Shown here: positions 1 to 12,202 of the stretch, piece after piece | How the letters are laid out: each line of letters starts with the position of its first letter | Numbering within the stretch: the stretch's first letter is position 1 | Source of the DNA: Octopus vulgaris | Lineage: Eukaryota | NCBI GenBank assembly: GCA_951406725.2 | Contig: OX597814.1 | Span: 53,754,001 to 53,818,000, forward strand | Length of the DNA stretch: 64,000 nt | Direction: 5' to 3' | Notes under the pieces: model-generated | Seen by the model: the letters and a program-made list of their open reading frames with translations, nothing else | Database searches by the model: none | What the model was told of the DNA's origin: nothing | Made by a program: the position numbers and the translations under genes

Positions 1-830
1 CAGGAAGTCAGCAACTGCGGGTTGTAGAAGAATGTAGAAGGCCTCATTGCTACAACTGTAGAAACACTAACCACCTCAAAGATTTTTCCCCCAATAGCAA
101 CAGGAAATGACAGCTGGAAGAAGGCCTCCACCACTGCCAACGCTACAACTTTAACATCAACAACAACAACAACAGCAGCAACCATAACAGGAACAACCAC
201 AGCAACTACAAAACAATTTACTACTGCATCGACAGCGATTGCAACACCAGCGACAAGACTGGAGGCAACACTTACAACAACAACAACAACAAGAGTAGAA
301 ACAATAGCAACGAAAACAAGAGAAACATTGCCTTCAAAATCCACTACGTCATTAACAACAACAACAACTGAAAGTAACTTTATACGTATCAGCAACAACA
401 CGAGTGGCAACAAAAGCAACCAAAACAACAAAAGAAATATTGCCTGCAAGAGCCACTACGTCATTAATAACAACAGCAACTGAAATTTGCTCTATATCAA
501 CAACAAAACAAAAAAAAAACAATGACCCACAAGACGTGCCCCTCTCCTCTTGTGACCTCTCAGACATGTTATGGCGAAGGAGACGGTGAGATCGATAAAA
601 ATTTACTAATGCAAATGAAAGAAAAAAGAAATAAAAACAACCAACACAAAAAACTGGCAGATACGTACAAATGCCACATCTAACAACAGCTACACCAGCA
701 CTGTCAACACCATCATCTCCACTACCATCGGTATTACAGACACCACTAAAAGTACAACCTGATTTACAGACACAGTAGTCAAATCACACAACCCAACACG
801 ATCAAAAAAAAAACAACAGATATTAACTAA
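1..830 (+). pseudogene. Decayed gag-like/ORF1-type sequence: degenerate CCHC zinc knuckle followed by Thr-rich low-complexity coding-like sequence
   Basis: Frame 3 reads QLRVVEECRRPHCYNCRNTNHLKDFSP (CX2CX4HX4, with TCC in place of TGC at the last Cys). Frame 1 (28-483) is Thr-rich and shifts into frame 2 near 390-404. Stops and frameshifts throughout. Confidence 0.45.
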
Positions 831-1229
831 TGACTATAAATGCAAGAAATAAAGAACTAACAAAACCACATACACAAACATACCAGCATCACATACAATA
901 ACATCACTTTCACAAGATTCCAGAACACATAAAAATCATCCAGATATCACAACAAGCATACATCTTAAAAACCAAATACCTCAAAGGAGTAGGAAACTTC
1001 AGGGAAAATAAAAACAAAAAATTATATTAAGAATTGTGTGTGGAAACAAACATAGCAACCGAAAAGATGAAACACCTGTCACTCCGTAGGAATAAGGTAG
1101 ATTATCCTTTCTCATTGCCTTCCTTCTAACCAATATAGCCTTGCCCAGAATATGGAGTGTAGATGCATGTGGTCGTGGGGTTACCATGGAAGCAGAGCTA
1201 CCTGATCAACGACCTCGGGTTACTAGATA

Positions 1230-1625
1230 TAAAATGCTTAGCGGCATTTCGTCCGTCGCTACTGCCTGAGTTCAAATTCTGCCGCGGTCGACTTTGCTTT
1301 TCATCCTTTCGGGGTTGATAAATTAAGTACCAGTGAAATACTGGCGTCGACATAATCGACTCAAAATTTCAGGCCTTGTGCCTTTAGTAGAAAAGATTAT
1401 CATTATTATTCAGGCTGCGAGCTGGCCGAGTCGCTAGCACTCCGGGAAAAATGCTTCACGGCATTTCTTACATTCTGAGTTCAAATGCCGCTTAGGTTGA
1501 CTTTGTTTTTCAGTTTTGCGGGGTCGATGAAATAAATACCAGAAACTGGGGTCGATATAAGCGACTTGTCCCCTCCCCAAAAATTTCAAGCCTTATGCCT
1601 TTAGTAGAAAGGATTATCATTATTG
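1230..1625 (+). mobile_element. Two adjacent tRNA-related SINE copies (family A, core GTCGACTTTGCCTTTCATCCTTTCGGGGTCGATAAA..AGTACCAG)
   Basis: B-box-like GAGTTCAAAT, shared central core and AGTAGAAAAGATTATT tail; the family recurs throughout the window. The core resembles the Meta/MESC SINE domain as recalled. Confidence 0.8.
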
Positions 1626-2077
1626 CTACTGCTAATGCTGTTGTTGCTGCTACTGCAATTAGAAACTGACGCACAGAAGGAACTGGTATGAAATTTATCT
1701 TCGGAAATTAAACATCAAGGCTCCATGAGAAGAGAAATTTTAATAAACTCTAGTCTTATCATGATAAATAAAATAACAGAGATAAGTGAATTATACCAAA
1801 CATATACATATAGAAATATTTGGAAATTAATGAACTAGATCACACAAACGAACCAGGAAGGAATATTATAGTCACATTAAATTGATACTCGAAGCAGAAC
1901 TAAATGGCAAAAATAAGTGATAAATATCATATCCTAACTTAGCTAGAAATAATAGTCTCAGATAGAAGCTAAATGAATTAGCAAAACTAGATACAAAAAT
2001 AGACACAGTAATGACTATGCCATCAGAGAGCCCACAAAGAAAGATTGTATTTATTATAAATTCTTGTGTATATATGT

Positions 2078-2435
2078 TGGCACTCCGCCGGTTACGACGA
2101 CGAGGGTTCCAGTTGAACCGATCAACAGAACGGCCTGCTTGTGAAATTAACGTGCAAGTGGCTGAGCACTCCACAGACACGTATACCCTTAGCGTAGTTC
2201 TCGGGGAGATTCAGCGTGACACAGAGTGTGACAAGGCTGGCCCTTTGAAATACAGGTACAACAGAAACAGGAAGAAAGAGTGAGAGAAAGTTGTGGTGAA
2301 AGAGTACACCAGGGTTCGCCACCCCTCGTGGAGCTTTAGGTATTTTCGCTCAATAAACACTCACAACGCCCGGTCTGGGAATCGAAACCGCGATCCTATG
2401 ACCGCGAGTCCGCTGCCCTGACCACTGGGCCACTG
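2078..2435 (-). mobile_element. tRNA-derived SINE
   Basis: Minus strand begins TGGCCCAGTGGTCAGGGCAGCGGACTCGCGG...GGTTTCGATTCCC (A and B boxes), followed by a non-tRNA body. Confidence 0.75.
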
Positions 2436-2499
2436 GGCCTCCACTGTGTATATATACAGATTAGGTATATACACACATTCATACACAATCTGTTTTTAC

Positions 2500-2900
2500 G
2501 CCAGTTTTCGCCTATCATGATTGTTGGGTAATGACCGAAAGCGTATGATCGCGATTGAAATGGGATTCCTCCATGGACCTCAGGGCGCGTAGCTCGGAGA
2601 ACAAGGAGTCTCTCCAACTCGATCCGCTACTTCTCCGCATTGGGAGATAACAACCCTGATACTACGGACATGCGATTAGAATGTCACAGGAAAGAATGAC
2701 AAGACGGATTCTTCATGCCGAGCCAATCGGCAGGAGACGAAGAACGAGATGGTTGGCTAATATCCATAGTCTCAATTGGTCACGCTTAGAAATCCAGCTG
2801 GAGAGTCCAAAACTGTTTGTTTCTGATAGGACCCTATAGAGGAGGTGCTGAAGTACTCTACCACATAACCATCCCAGGAATAGTAAGCTGAGAAGATGGA
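2500..2900 (+). mobile_element. RTE-clade LINE 3' fragment
   Basis: Reads YYGHAIRMSQERMTRRILHAEPIGRRRRTRWLANI from about 2660, the GHxxR...RW motif of the RTE C-terminus; upstream in-frame stop. Confidence 0.7.
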
Positions 2901-3408
2901 TGTATGGATGAATAGTGTATATATATTCTTATTAGCTTTACTGTAACTTGAAAATGTTTTACAAACTATCTGCAATAGGACAACAAAACTATTTAGGAAA
3001 AATGCAAAAGCTATTTTCTGTCTTCTGGGAAGCCGACAAACACAAAGCATATATATAGAAGTAACAAGTATCTGCTGGGAAAATTAGAAAACAACAAACT
3101 ATTCATAAAATAAAATCTGAACACAAAATGAGATCACAAAATATCACGTTAAAATATTGGCCAAAAGAAAAAAGTCTTCTACAAGAGAAAAGCCCAAAGA
3201 ATTCACCGAAAGATTAAATCAGAACTAATTTAATGCTGAGGCTGAAGGATCGTGGTACAAGATGAAAGCCTTCCTACCAGAAACTAACCAAATCACATAA
3301 TGATGCAAAATACAAAAATAACTGCGGAATATACAGGAGCTATGATATGAAATCAGCTACATTGTTTTTGGCTGATCAGCAGTCTTACCCAAAAAGATAT
3401 GTACACAC

Positions 3409-3502
<94 letters not shown>

Positions 3503-4384
3503 GTCTAAGAAAAATGCAGGCGCCCGTGCACTTGTCAACAGAGTGGGTATATTCAATCTTTATAGCATGCAGTATTATCGATCCATTGATCCATTTTATT
3601 ACTTAGTTTCTGTGCGAAACCAATGGATAAGATCGGTTGATAGTAGAAATATATGCCACATAAAGATCCAGAGAATAACAATGGGATCGTATAACAATGG
3701 GACGTGTCGATTCACACAGACAAACTTATGAATGTAAATCTACAAATCTAGACATTATTTACTTTTATGTCCTGACAATTTTATTTCAGATCCCATACCA
3801 GTTGACTTCGCCCTTCATATTCCATGGAGTCGATAAATAACTACCAGTATTTTTATTGATTCAGTTAACCATATGTTTCCTCCTTTAAAAACATTGGTCC
3901 TTGTACTCACGTTTGAGTGATAGATTTCCTCCATCGTCCGATAACATCGCCATTTGGTCCTTTTGGTGCCTTCAGCATTCACCTTGTAAAGTGACAAAGT
4001 GGCCTTACAATAGGAATCTGACGAAATGCTTTACGATATGCTCCCTGAGCCCTGAGTTCTAACCCTACCGAGGTCAACTTTGCCTTTTGTCCTTTCGTAG
4101 TTAATAAAAAACACCAATGTAGTGGTTTGACAGAACTGTTAGCACATCAGACTGGATGCCATGCGGTATTTGTTCCATCTCTTTGCATTCTGCGTTCAAA
4201 TCCTGCTATGACCTACTTAGGTGGTAGTCTTAACTCGTTACCAGCCGTTTTGACATCTTAGGTGCGTTTAGCAGACTCTACGCTGTCGCAAGCATTCGTA
4301 CAGGTTTCCAGCTTCTCTCCCATCCAGCAATCTCAGAGGCCCTGAAATGATCTATGAACACTGCCTTATCCTCTGACTAAAATA

Positions 4385-5284
4385 TACGAAGTGGTATCAA
4401 AAAGTTCCCGGACTAGTTTTGTAGCACGCTAACAAATTGCAGCACACAGTTGCGTGCGCAGTGAGAACTAGCAGTTACCTTCATGAGGCAGTATGTCGAA
4501 TGACATCGCTCTGTTTACTTCGCAGGTTGTGGGATTTGTGTTTTTGTGATCACGCGTATACTGTAGTCTGCGATTTTGTCATGGGCAGGTTTTGAAAGCC
4601 AACGTGAAATTTTACATTAAGTTTGAGAAGTCTGCTACAGAGACACTGAGTATGCTTCGGCAATCTTACAGCGACGAAGCAATTAGTTGTACGCAACGTT
4701 TCGAGTGGTACGGGCGCTTCAAAAGCGGAAGAACATCTCTGAAAGACGATGAGTGTTCTGGAACACTTGCGTCACCCCCAGAAATGTGGAATTGTGCATC
4801 GAGAGTTCGTCCCCCAGGGCCAGACCGTCAGTCGAGAGTCCTACTACGACATTTTAAAGCGTTTGAGGGAGGACATTTGGCGAAAGCGACCGGATCTGTG
4901 GAGTGCGAAGAATTGGATTCTTCACGGTGACAATGCACCCTGTCACAAAGCTCTTCTCACTCGTGAGTTTCTCACCAAAATAAACATGGTAATGCTTCTG
5001 CACCCGTCCTATTCTCCAGATTTAGCACCTGAAGACTTCTATCTTTTCCCCAAAAAGAAAATGCTGCTCAAAGGTCGCTGTTTTAACATTGTTGGCGAGA
5101 TCCAGAGCGAATCGCAAAATGCCCTCGACTCACTTACGGAAAACAACTTCCAAGCCGGATTCGAAAAGTGGTAGGAACGCTGGAACCGGTGTATTTCAGC
5201 GCGAGGTGACTATTTCGAAGGAGATGACGTTAAAACTTAAGTAAATAAGTTATTTTGTATTAAACATTTTGACACCACCTCGTA
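4385..5284 (+). mobile_element. Internally deleted mariner (DD34D) DNA transposon
   Basis: TIRs TACGAAGTGGTATCAAAA / TTTTGACACCACCTCGTA flanked by TA target duplications. HTH fragment (ANVKF...FKSGRTS) and catalytic HGDNAPCH...YSPDLAPEDFYLF. The region with the first catalytic Asp is missing. Confidence 0.93.
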
Positions 5285-5384
5285 TAATAAAACATTTGAG
5301 TCAGGTCATTCGTCTCAGAATGCCTTCTTCCCATCAGCCTTGGAGATTCTGGAAAGGCATCCACTGAATAAGTAATTAAAAATA

Positions 5385-5660
5385 TAATAATCAAATACAA
5401 ACAGGAGAAAACGTCACCAAATCGATATTTCAATACCACCGAATAACAATATATCACTAGACGACATGGGAAATATAAATATCTGGAAATATAAAGATCT
5501 GGAAATAGAATGTAGTAACTAAAAGTAGAAACAACCTCCACAGTAATAAGCGCTTAGGGGATAATAATAAAGCAAAGCAAACAAATACATAACCAAAATA
5601 CCATTTCTTACGCATACAAGCAATATAGAAAAATAGCTACCAGGAACTATACAAGCCAAT
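5385..5660 (+). mobile_element. Decayed R4/Dong-like (restriction-like endonuclease) retrotransposon 3' fragment
   Basis: Remnant peptides IDISIP, KYKDLEIE and VISA(L)G parallel the C-terminus of the element at 14090-15046. Confidence 0.5.
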
Positions 5661-5779
5661 CAGTGAACATCTATATGGACTTTCCATTAAATAAGAAAAG
5701 CAACAAAATTTTCCTCGGATCACTTCTTATCATTAAAAACATGCAAAGGACACCCTAGAAATTATTGTCCGAGTTACAG

Positions 5780-6172
5780 GGCTAGTAGTAGTAGCAGTAG
5801 TACGGGGAGATTTGCTGTAACAGCGCATTGCTGCATGCACCATTTGTTGGTGATTTTCTACTCCTAGTGGATGACACCTTTGCACCACCCAGGCAACAAC
5901 CCTCCAACCCATGGGCCTGTTCGGATGATCGCTGCTGGTGGGGGTTTTACGAAGTCGGAGTAAAAATACTACCTCAGCCTCTTTTAGTCGCCTTTTACGA
6001 CACGCAGAGAAAACGTTGGAGCTATTCTTTGACATGCATGTTCTCACACAGCACTAGAACAACGTGAAATGAAGTGTTTTAATCAAGAACACAACACAGC
6101 TTCCAATCTGAAATCGAACCTATGATCTGACAATCGCGAGTCCAACACCCTAACAACTAAGCCGCGCACCTT
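5780..6172 (-). mobile_element. Composite tRNA-headed SINE with CORE-like segment and an RTE-5'-type hairpin
   Basis: Minus strand: tRNA-like head (GGCTTAGTTGTTAGGGTGTTGGACTCG...GGTTCGATTTC), TGTGTTCTTGATTAAAACACTT, then CTCTGCGTGTCGTAAAAGGCGACTAAAAGAG. Confidence 0.6.
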
Positions 6173-6937
6173 CACAGGACTGGTCTGAAAATAAATATAT
6201 AGTCGTCTAAGAAAAGTGCAGGCGCCTGTACATTTGTCAACAGAGTGGATATATTAATCTTTATAGCATGCAGTATTATTGATCCATATATGTATATATA
6301 TACATGAATGACTATTAAACTGCTTGTATGTAATCTTTCCTTTTTAATGTTGAAAACTGATATATATACACATTTACCTATTTTGGTTATGATAACATTT
6401 CTGATAATCTTAAATTTTATCTTTCTACAAAATAACAATATTGTTTATAAACAATCACCCATAGTACCCCATGATAAAATTTCCTCTGTATGAACATCAT
6501 AGGTTTTATTAGCGTCTTGCCCCTTTAACTGGTAATTAACATCATGATTTAGGGTCTTCCCCTATCCAGCCTCCTTTATAGACAGTTACTTTATACCCAA
6601 TTTACTACTCCTAATATCTTAACAATATTTATGACCATACCTAGCCATGAGCTGTCAGCCCACTCTTGCCCGTCATTCCAAACAGATACAGTCCTCTAAT
6701 CTGAGATTTAGTAGTTGATAAAAAGACAAATAAATTAGAACAAAGCCTCTCTTAACGTTTACTTATCATTGTCAAAGACTCTGTCATTGTATTTTAATAC
6801 ATCTATGTTAACTCATTTTTAACATTACAAAGGCTACACAAAGCCTTGCACTTTACTTTTGAAAATCATTTTTTTGAAAAAGAGAAATCGGACAACTCAA
6901 TAAACATCTTTAAAAGACCCCTACATTTTCAAATTTT

Positions 6938-6977
<40 letters not shown>

Positions 6978-6998
6978 TGTCTGTCTGTCTGTCTGTGT

Positions 6999-7312
6999 AG
7001 ATAAATTAAGAAATGGAGTCAAACGCTGATGTTAATCAAATCATTTATACTTCCAACATATGTTTCGAAAAAAGCATTGAGATTATTCCGGAGGGAATAA
7101 AAATGCTGTAAAACAATGTAATCACATTCGGTTAAAATGGCTTATTGATGTGTTTTCTTCCTTTTTTTTTTCCCTGACGAGATGATTGCATTGTTTTACA
7201 TCATTTTTATTTTCTCCGGAATAAACTCAATGCTTTTTTTCGAAACATATTTTGGGAGTATAAGTAATTTGAATAATACCTGCATTTGACCACTCCATTT
7301 CTTAATTTATCT
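6999..7312. repeat. Inverted repeat (arms about 125 bp, spacer about 58 bp) carrying a hammerhead-like motif; probable Penelope-like pLTR remnant
   Basis: AGATAAATTAAGAAATGGAGT... pairs with ...ACTCCATTTCTTAATTTATCT; interior blocks are reverse-complementary. Confidence 0.85.
7170..7257 (+). ncRNA. Degenerate type I hammerhead ribozyme motif with long stem II
   Basis: TTCC-CTGACGA-G...GCATTG...CAATGC...C-GAAA-CATATTTT-GGGA; the left-arm copy keeps the palindromic stem III GAAACATATGTT. Confidence 0.55.
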
Positions 7313-7450
7313 GTGTTATACAAAAACATTTCATTTAACCCTGGAATTTCTACCTTTATAAGTAGATTGTAATATCCTTGGCACTTATGTGATTTACCCT
7401 GGTAACTATTTCTTTATTTTTTCCTTATTATTTGTACACATTGAAAAAAG

Positions 7451-7935
<485 letters not shown>

Positions 7936-7936
<1 letters not shown>

Positions 7937-8270
7937 AAGGCGCATGGCTCAGTGGTTAGAGCGTCGAGCTTACGATCGTGAGGTTGTGAGTTTGAATCCC
8001 GGACCGGGCTGCGTGTTGTGTTCTTGAGCAAGACACTTTATTTCACGTTGCTCCAGTTCACTCAGCTGTAGAAATGAGTTGCGACGTCACTGGTGCCAAG
8101 CTGTATCGGCCCTTACCTCTCCCTTGGATAATACTGGTGGCGTGGAGACGAGAGGCCGGTATGCATGGCCGACTGCTGGTCTTCCAAAAGTAATTTTGCC
8201 CGGACTTGTGCCTGGGAGGGTAACTTTCTAGGTGCAATATCATGGTCAGTCATGGCCGAAGGGGGTCTCA
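7936..8270 (+). mobile_element. tRNA-derived SINE with CORE-like domain
   Basis: GGCGCATGGCTCAGTGGTTAGAGCG...GAGTTTGAATCCCGG (A/B boxes) followed by TGTGTTCTTGAGCAAGACACTTTA. Confidence 0.8.
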
Positions 8271-8276
8271 GCAGCA

Positions 8277-8328
<52 letters not shown>

Positions 8329-8555
8329 TGTGTGTGTGTGCCTGTGTTTGTACCCCCACAATCGCAAGACAACCGATGTTGCTGTGTTTACGTCCCCGTA
8401 ATTTAGCAGTTCGGCAAAAGACTCCGATAGAATAAGTACTAGGCTTACAAAGAGTAACTCCTGGGTCGATATGTTCGACTAAAGGCAGTGCTCCAGCATG
8501 GCCGCAGTCACATGACTGAAAGAAGTAAAACAATAAAAAAAACTATGTCATTTTA

Positions 8556-8586
8556 ATCCCCGAGCAATGCCGGGTATCTCTGCTAG
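8556..8586 (+). mobile_element. Helitron 3' terminus (hairpin plus CTAG|T)
   Basis: CCCGAGCAATGCCGGG hairpin followed 8 nt later by CTAG and then T. Confidence 0.7.
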
Positions 8587-9433
8587 TATAATACAAATGA
8601 ATTTAATCTGATAGCCATTTTATGTTATCGAACTGTTTCATACTGAAGAAACCTACAAATAGTGGATAGTAAATTGATAATCATTAGATATAGCTGAATG
8701 GAAAAGTATGGTTTGAATTCTTCGTTACTAGGTTCCGAAGATGTAAAAACAAGTGGCTGTAAAAATAAAAGAAATACAATGAAAAACAAAGACAAAAATA
8801 CTAAAATTCAAGTCCATCAGAGTTATGTCCCTTAGACACAACTCTGATGGGCTCAAATCCATTCTAGTTTTTAAAATATATATTAGTAACAGTTAGCTTG
8901 TTAAAAGTGTTTGTATATGTAATAGGAAGATGAAGAGGAGATAAGGGTGAGATAACAATAGAAAGAGCGATGGAGGAGACGGAGAGAGAGATGGGGAGAG
9001 TCGGATAGTTCGCGTGTATGTATATATATACGATGGATTCTCCCGTCGAAGACGACGTATGAGTGTTCAGCTTTTGCCGAACAATCTGCACAAATGATTT
9101 GTTTAATGTAGGTGTTGTACATTAGCTCACTCCTTCCATCATATCAACGTTACCTGAACAGGTGCACGATGTGCCACACGTCAGGTGTCGAAGTAATCGC
9201 AGAGCAATGTATGATGAAGCACTTTGATCTAGAACACAAGACACTACCCGGTTTAAGAACTGAAACCACAAGGTCACGAACATGAGTGCAACACACTAAC
9301 AACTTGGCAACACATACATACATACATACATACATACATACATACATACATACATACATACATACATACATACATGCATACATACATACATACATACATA
9401 CATGCATACATACATACATACATGCATGCATTT

Positions 9434-9464
<31 letters not shown>

Positions 9465-9469
9465 CATAC

Positions 9470-9549
<80 letters not shown>

Positions 9550-9630
9550 TAAAGGAAGAGAAAAACAAAACCAAGGCAAGCTTATCAGATCATTTACGTT
9601 AGTTTAGTTTAAATCATCCCATTTTATATA

Positions 9631-9702
<72 letters not shown>

Positions 9703-9923
9703 GGAGATGTACTCGCATAGCAAGTAATTTGATCTGAGATCGTGTGCTGAAACGAAAACAATTGCAGCGTGGAAGGTGTTTATAAGCCATTTAAGAAACA
9801 CACAAAAACCGTTCGATATATATATATATACTGTTGTGTCTGGGGAGAGTCATTTTCTTTTTGTGCCTTATAATTTAACACACTCACCGGTAAAATTTCC
9901 ACTTATTTCTTATTTTTATTTTC

Positions 9924-9960
9924 CTAAAATTTTCGTTGCGTCTTGCAACCTTTTCAATAG
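9924..9960 (-). ncRNA. Minimal hammerhead-like motif with U3:A8 compensatory core
   Basis: CTA-TTGAAAA-G-GTTGC-AAGAC-GCAAC-GAAA-ATTT-TAG. Confidence 0.55.
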
Positions 9961-10042
9961 TCTTGACTCTGTCCGTTATTTACACTGCGTTCCGTTTTGT
10001 TTGTTTGTGCGCGTGTGTGTGGGTCAGTGTGTGTGTGTGTGT

Positions 10043-10092
<50 letters not shown>

Positions 10093-10690
10093 CTATGCAT
10101 GCATGCATGCATGTATGTATGTATGTATGTATGTATGTATGTATGTATGTATGCATGTGTGTGTATGTATATATGTGTGTGTGTGCATATGTATATATGT
10201 ATGTATATGTGTGCATCTGTATGTATGTATTTTGCATATTCATGTGCTTGCATGTCCGTGTTTGTGTATTTTTATGCATGTGTGTGTGTGTGTTTGTATA
10301 TGTATGCATCTCTGTCTCCTTGTGTGTGCATGTCTGAGTGTGTGTGTGTGTGTGTGTGTATGTGTGTGCATGTGTGTGTGTGTGTGTGTTTTACAACTAT
10401 GTACCGTGTTTGTATGTATGGATGTGCATCTCCATATGTGTGGACACGTGTCTCCATATGCGTCCTTGTGTGAATAAAGCGTTTGCGAATTCGTCCTTTA
10501 ATTAGATTTCTAACGTTGTTTCTTCATACTTAACTTTTAAATTTACTCGTGTAAATTAGAGTAGATATGAAAAGTTATATAGATATATTAAGTATATGAT
10601 TTGACTCATTTAATAGAGTTCAATAAATTCATATTTACATAAATGGGAGAGATTAGATGTTAATATGGATGTTATTTTTTTTTATTCGTG

Positions 10691-10770
10691 TAGCAATACA
10701 ATTGTTTCATACAGAAAGACAAGAAATTCATTTTAAGAATCAAGTTGTCAAAAAGTACTCGTCAGTAACC
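10691..10770 (-). ncRNA. Type I hammerhead-like motif with long stem II, inside a 45-bp inverted repeat (10627-10813)
   Basis: GGTTA-CTGACGA-GTAC..GACAA..GATTC-loop-GAATT..TTGTC..GTAT-GAAA-CAATTG-TA-TTGCTA; core intact, palindromic stem III, GUA triplet. Confidence 0.65.
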
Positions 10771-10836
10771 ATCCATATTAAGATCTAATCTCTTCCATTT
10801 AAGTAAATATGAATGAATTTGTTAAATTATATACAT

Positions 10837-10902
<66 letters not shown>

Positions 10903-11001
10903 CACATATATTTCGTTTTTAGATTTGGTTTGCAAGATTCTTTATGTGAGTTGATGTGTTGAAGCACAAAAAGAAAATGACTCTCCCCAGACACAACAGT
11001 T

Positions 11002-11032
<31 letters not shown>

Positions 11033-11093
11033 ATACATATATATATACACGCACATACACACACACACACCCATATATATATGTATGTATGTA

Positions 11094-11139
<46 letters not shown>

Positions 11140-11141
11140 CA

Positions 11142-11724
11142 TACCTGGTCTGATCGTTGCTATAGTAACGAAGCTAAAGCACGGAGAGTGAAGCCGCTTC
11201 ACACAAATTGAGCTTGTGCATGCGCACTAAGTTTGAACTTCTAGCTTACTTCCGCTATTTACAGTAGTACTTGGAAGGAAGGTGTGTAGCGTGTGATCGT
11301 CTCATTGACCATGACAGAGAAAGTTGAGCAGAGAATCTGCATCAAATTTTACCAAAGCTTGGCAAAACCTGCTCAGAGGCCTAAGCAAAGTTTTCAAAAA
11401 GCTTTCATCGTTCACGACACAATGAAGATCTTTTGCAGCTATAACCCGAGTGTGCTTTTGGTCAGCTGAAAGCAGTTTTGGGCACAAACTTAGCAGACAT
11501 GCATCTCATACCCAACTTTCTCTGTCGTGGTCAATGCAACGATCACACGCTAAACACCTTCTTTCCGAGCAGTGTTCTAAACAGCTGAAGTGAGCTAGAA
11601 CGTTAAAACTTAATGCGCATGCACAGCAGAGTTCAACGTCAATCTTTGTCAAACGGCTTCTCTCTGCGTGTTTTAGCTTCATTACTGTGACAACAGTCCG
11701 GATACTTATTGATCAGACCTCGTA
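11142..11724. mobile_element. Mariner-derived foldback element made of two inverted 5' ends
   Basis: Ends TACCTGGTCTGATC / GATCAGACCTCGTA with about 185-210-bp inverted arms. The + strand gives MTEKVEQRICIKF; the - strand gives a frameshifted AKFV...PKLLSADQKHTRV transposase remnant. Confidence 0.8.
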
Positions 11725-12096
11725 TGTGTATATATATATGCTTGTAAATAAGTGCTGTTTGTGGAGACATGAACGCTTTTATTGTGAAGGTAGCTCTAAT
11801 GGAAGAACAACCAATCCTAAAAACCCGCCTTGCCTATTTTTCGCTCTGTTTCTTTTTCTTTTTTTTTTTTTGCCTCTGGCTTCTTTGACTGTGCTTTTCT
11901 TATCTATGAGTATCGTTAAGCTTTTTACATTTCTAAAGCCCATAAAACGGATGTAACAACAAAGATTTCCAAGCTATACTTTCCATTCAGCCATGTCCGA
12001 TGATTGTTAATTTGCCTTTCTACAGTTGGAAGATCCTCAACATGAAACCGATTGGTAACATTAATTTGATGTGTTATGAAACTAACTTTATAATAT

Positions 12097-12117
12097 ATAA
12101 TAATAATAATAATAATG

Positions 12118-12202
<85 letters not shown>

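Larger units (their letters stand above)
9312..11140. repeat. Microsatellite field: (CATA)n, (TA)n, (TG)n and (TATG)n interspersed with short repeat-element ends
   Basis: Direct reading; source of many spurious YI/CV/HT ORFs. Confidence 0.95.

Noticed and set aside
1069-1085. GAAACACCTGTC resembling a hammerhead 3' half
   Set aside because: No upstream CUGANGA or stem II
7938-8010. tRNA-like sequence (also at about 2365-2435 and 6100-6170)
   Set aside because: No convincing acceptor stem or poly-T terminator, and it runs directly into a SINE body; a SINE head, not a tRNA gene
8620-8860. CTAATGA...GAAAC on the minus strand and a small hairpin with CTGATGG on both arms
   Set aside because: Core nucleotides are mutated and stems are not convincing
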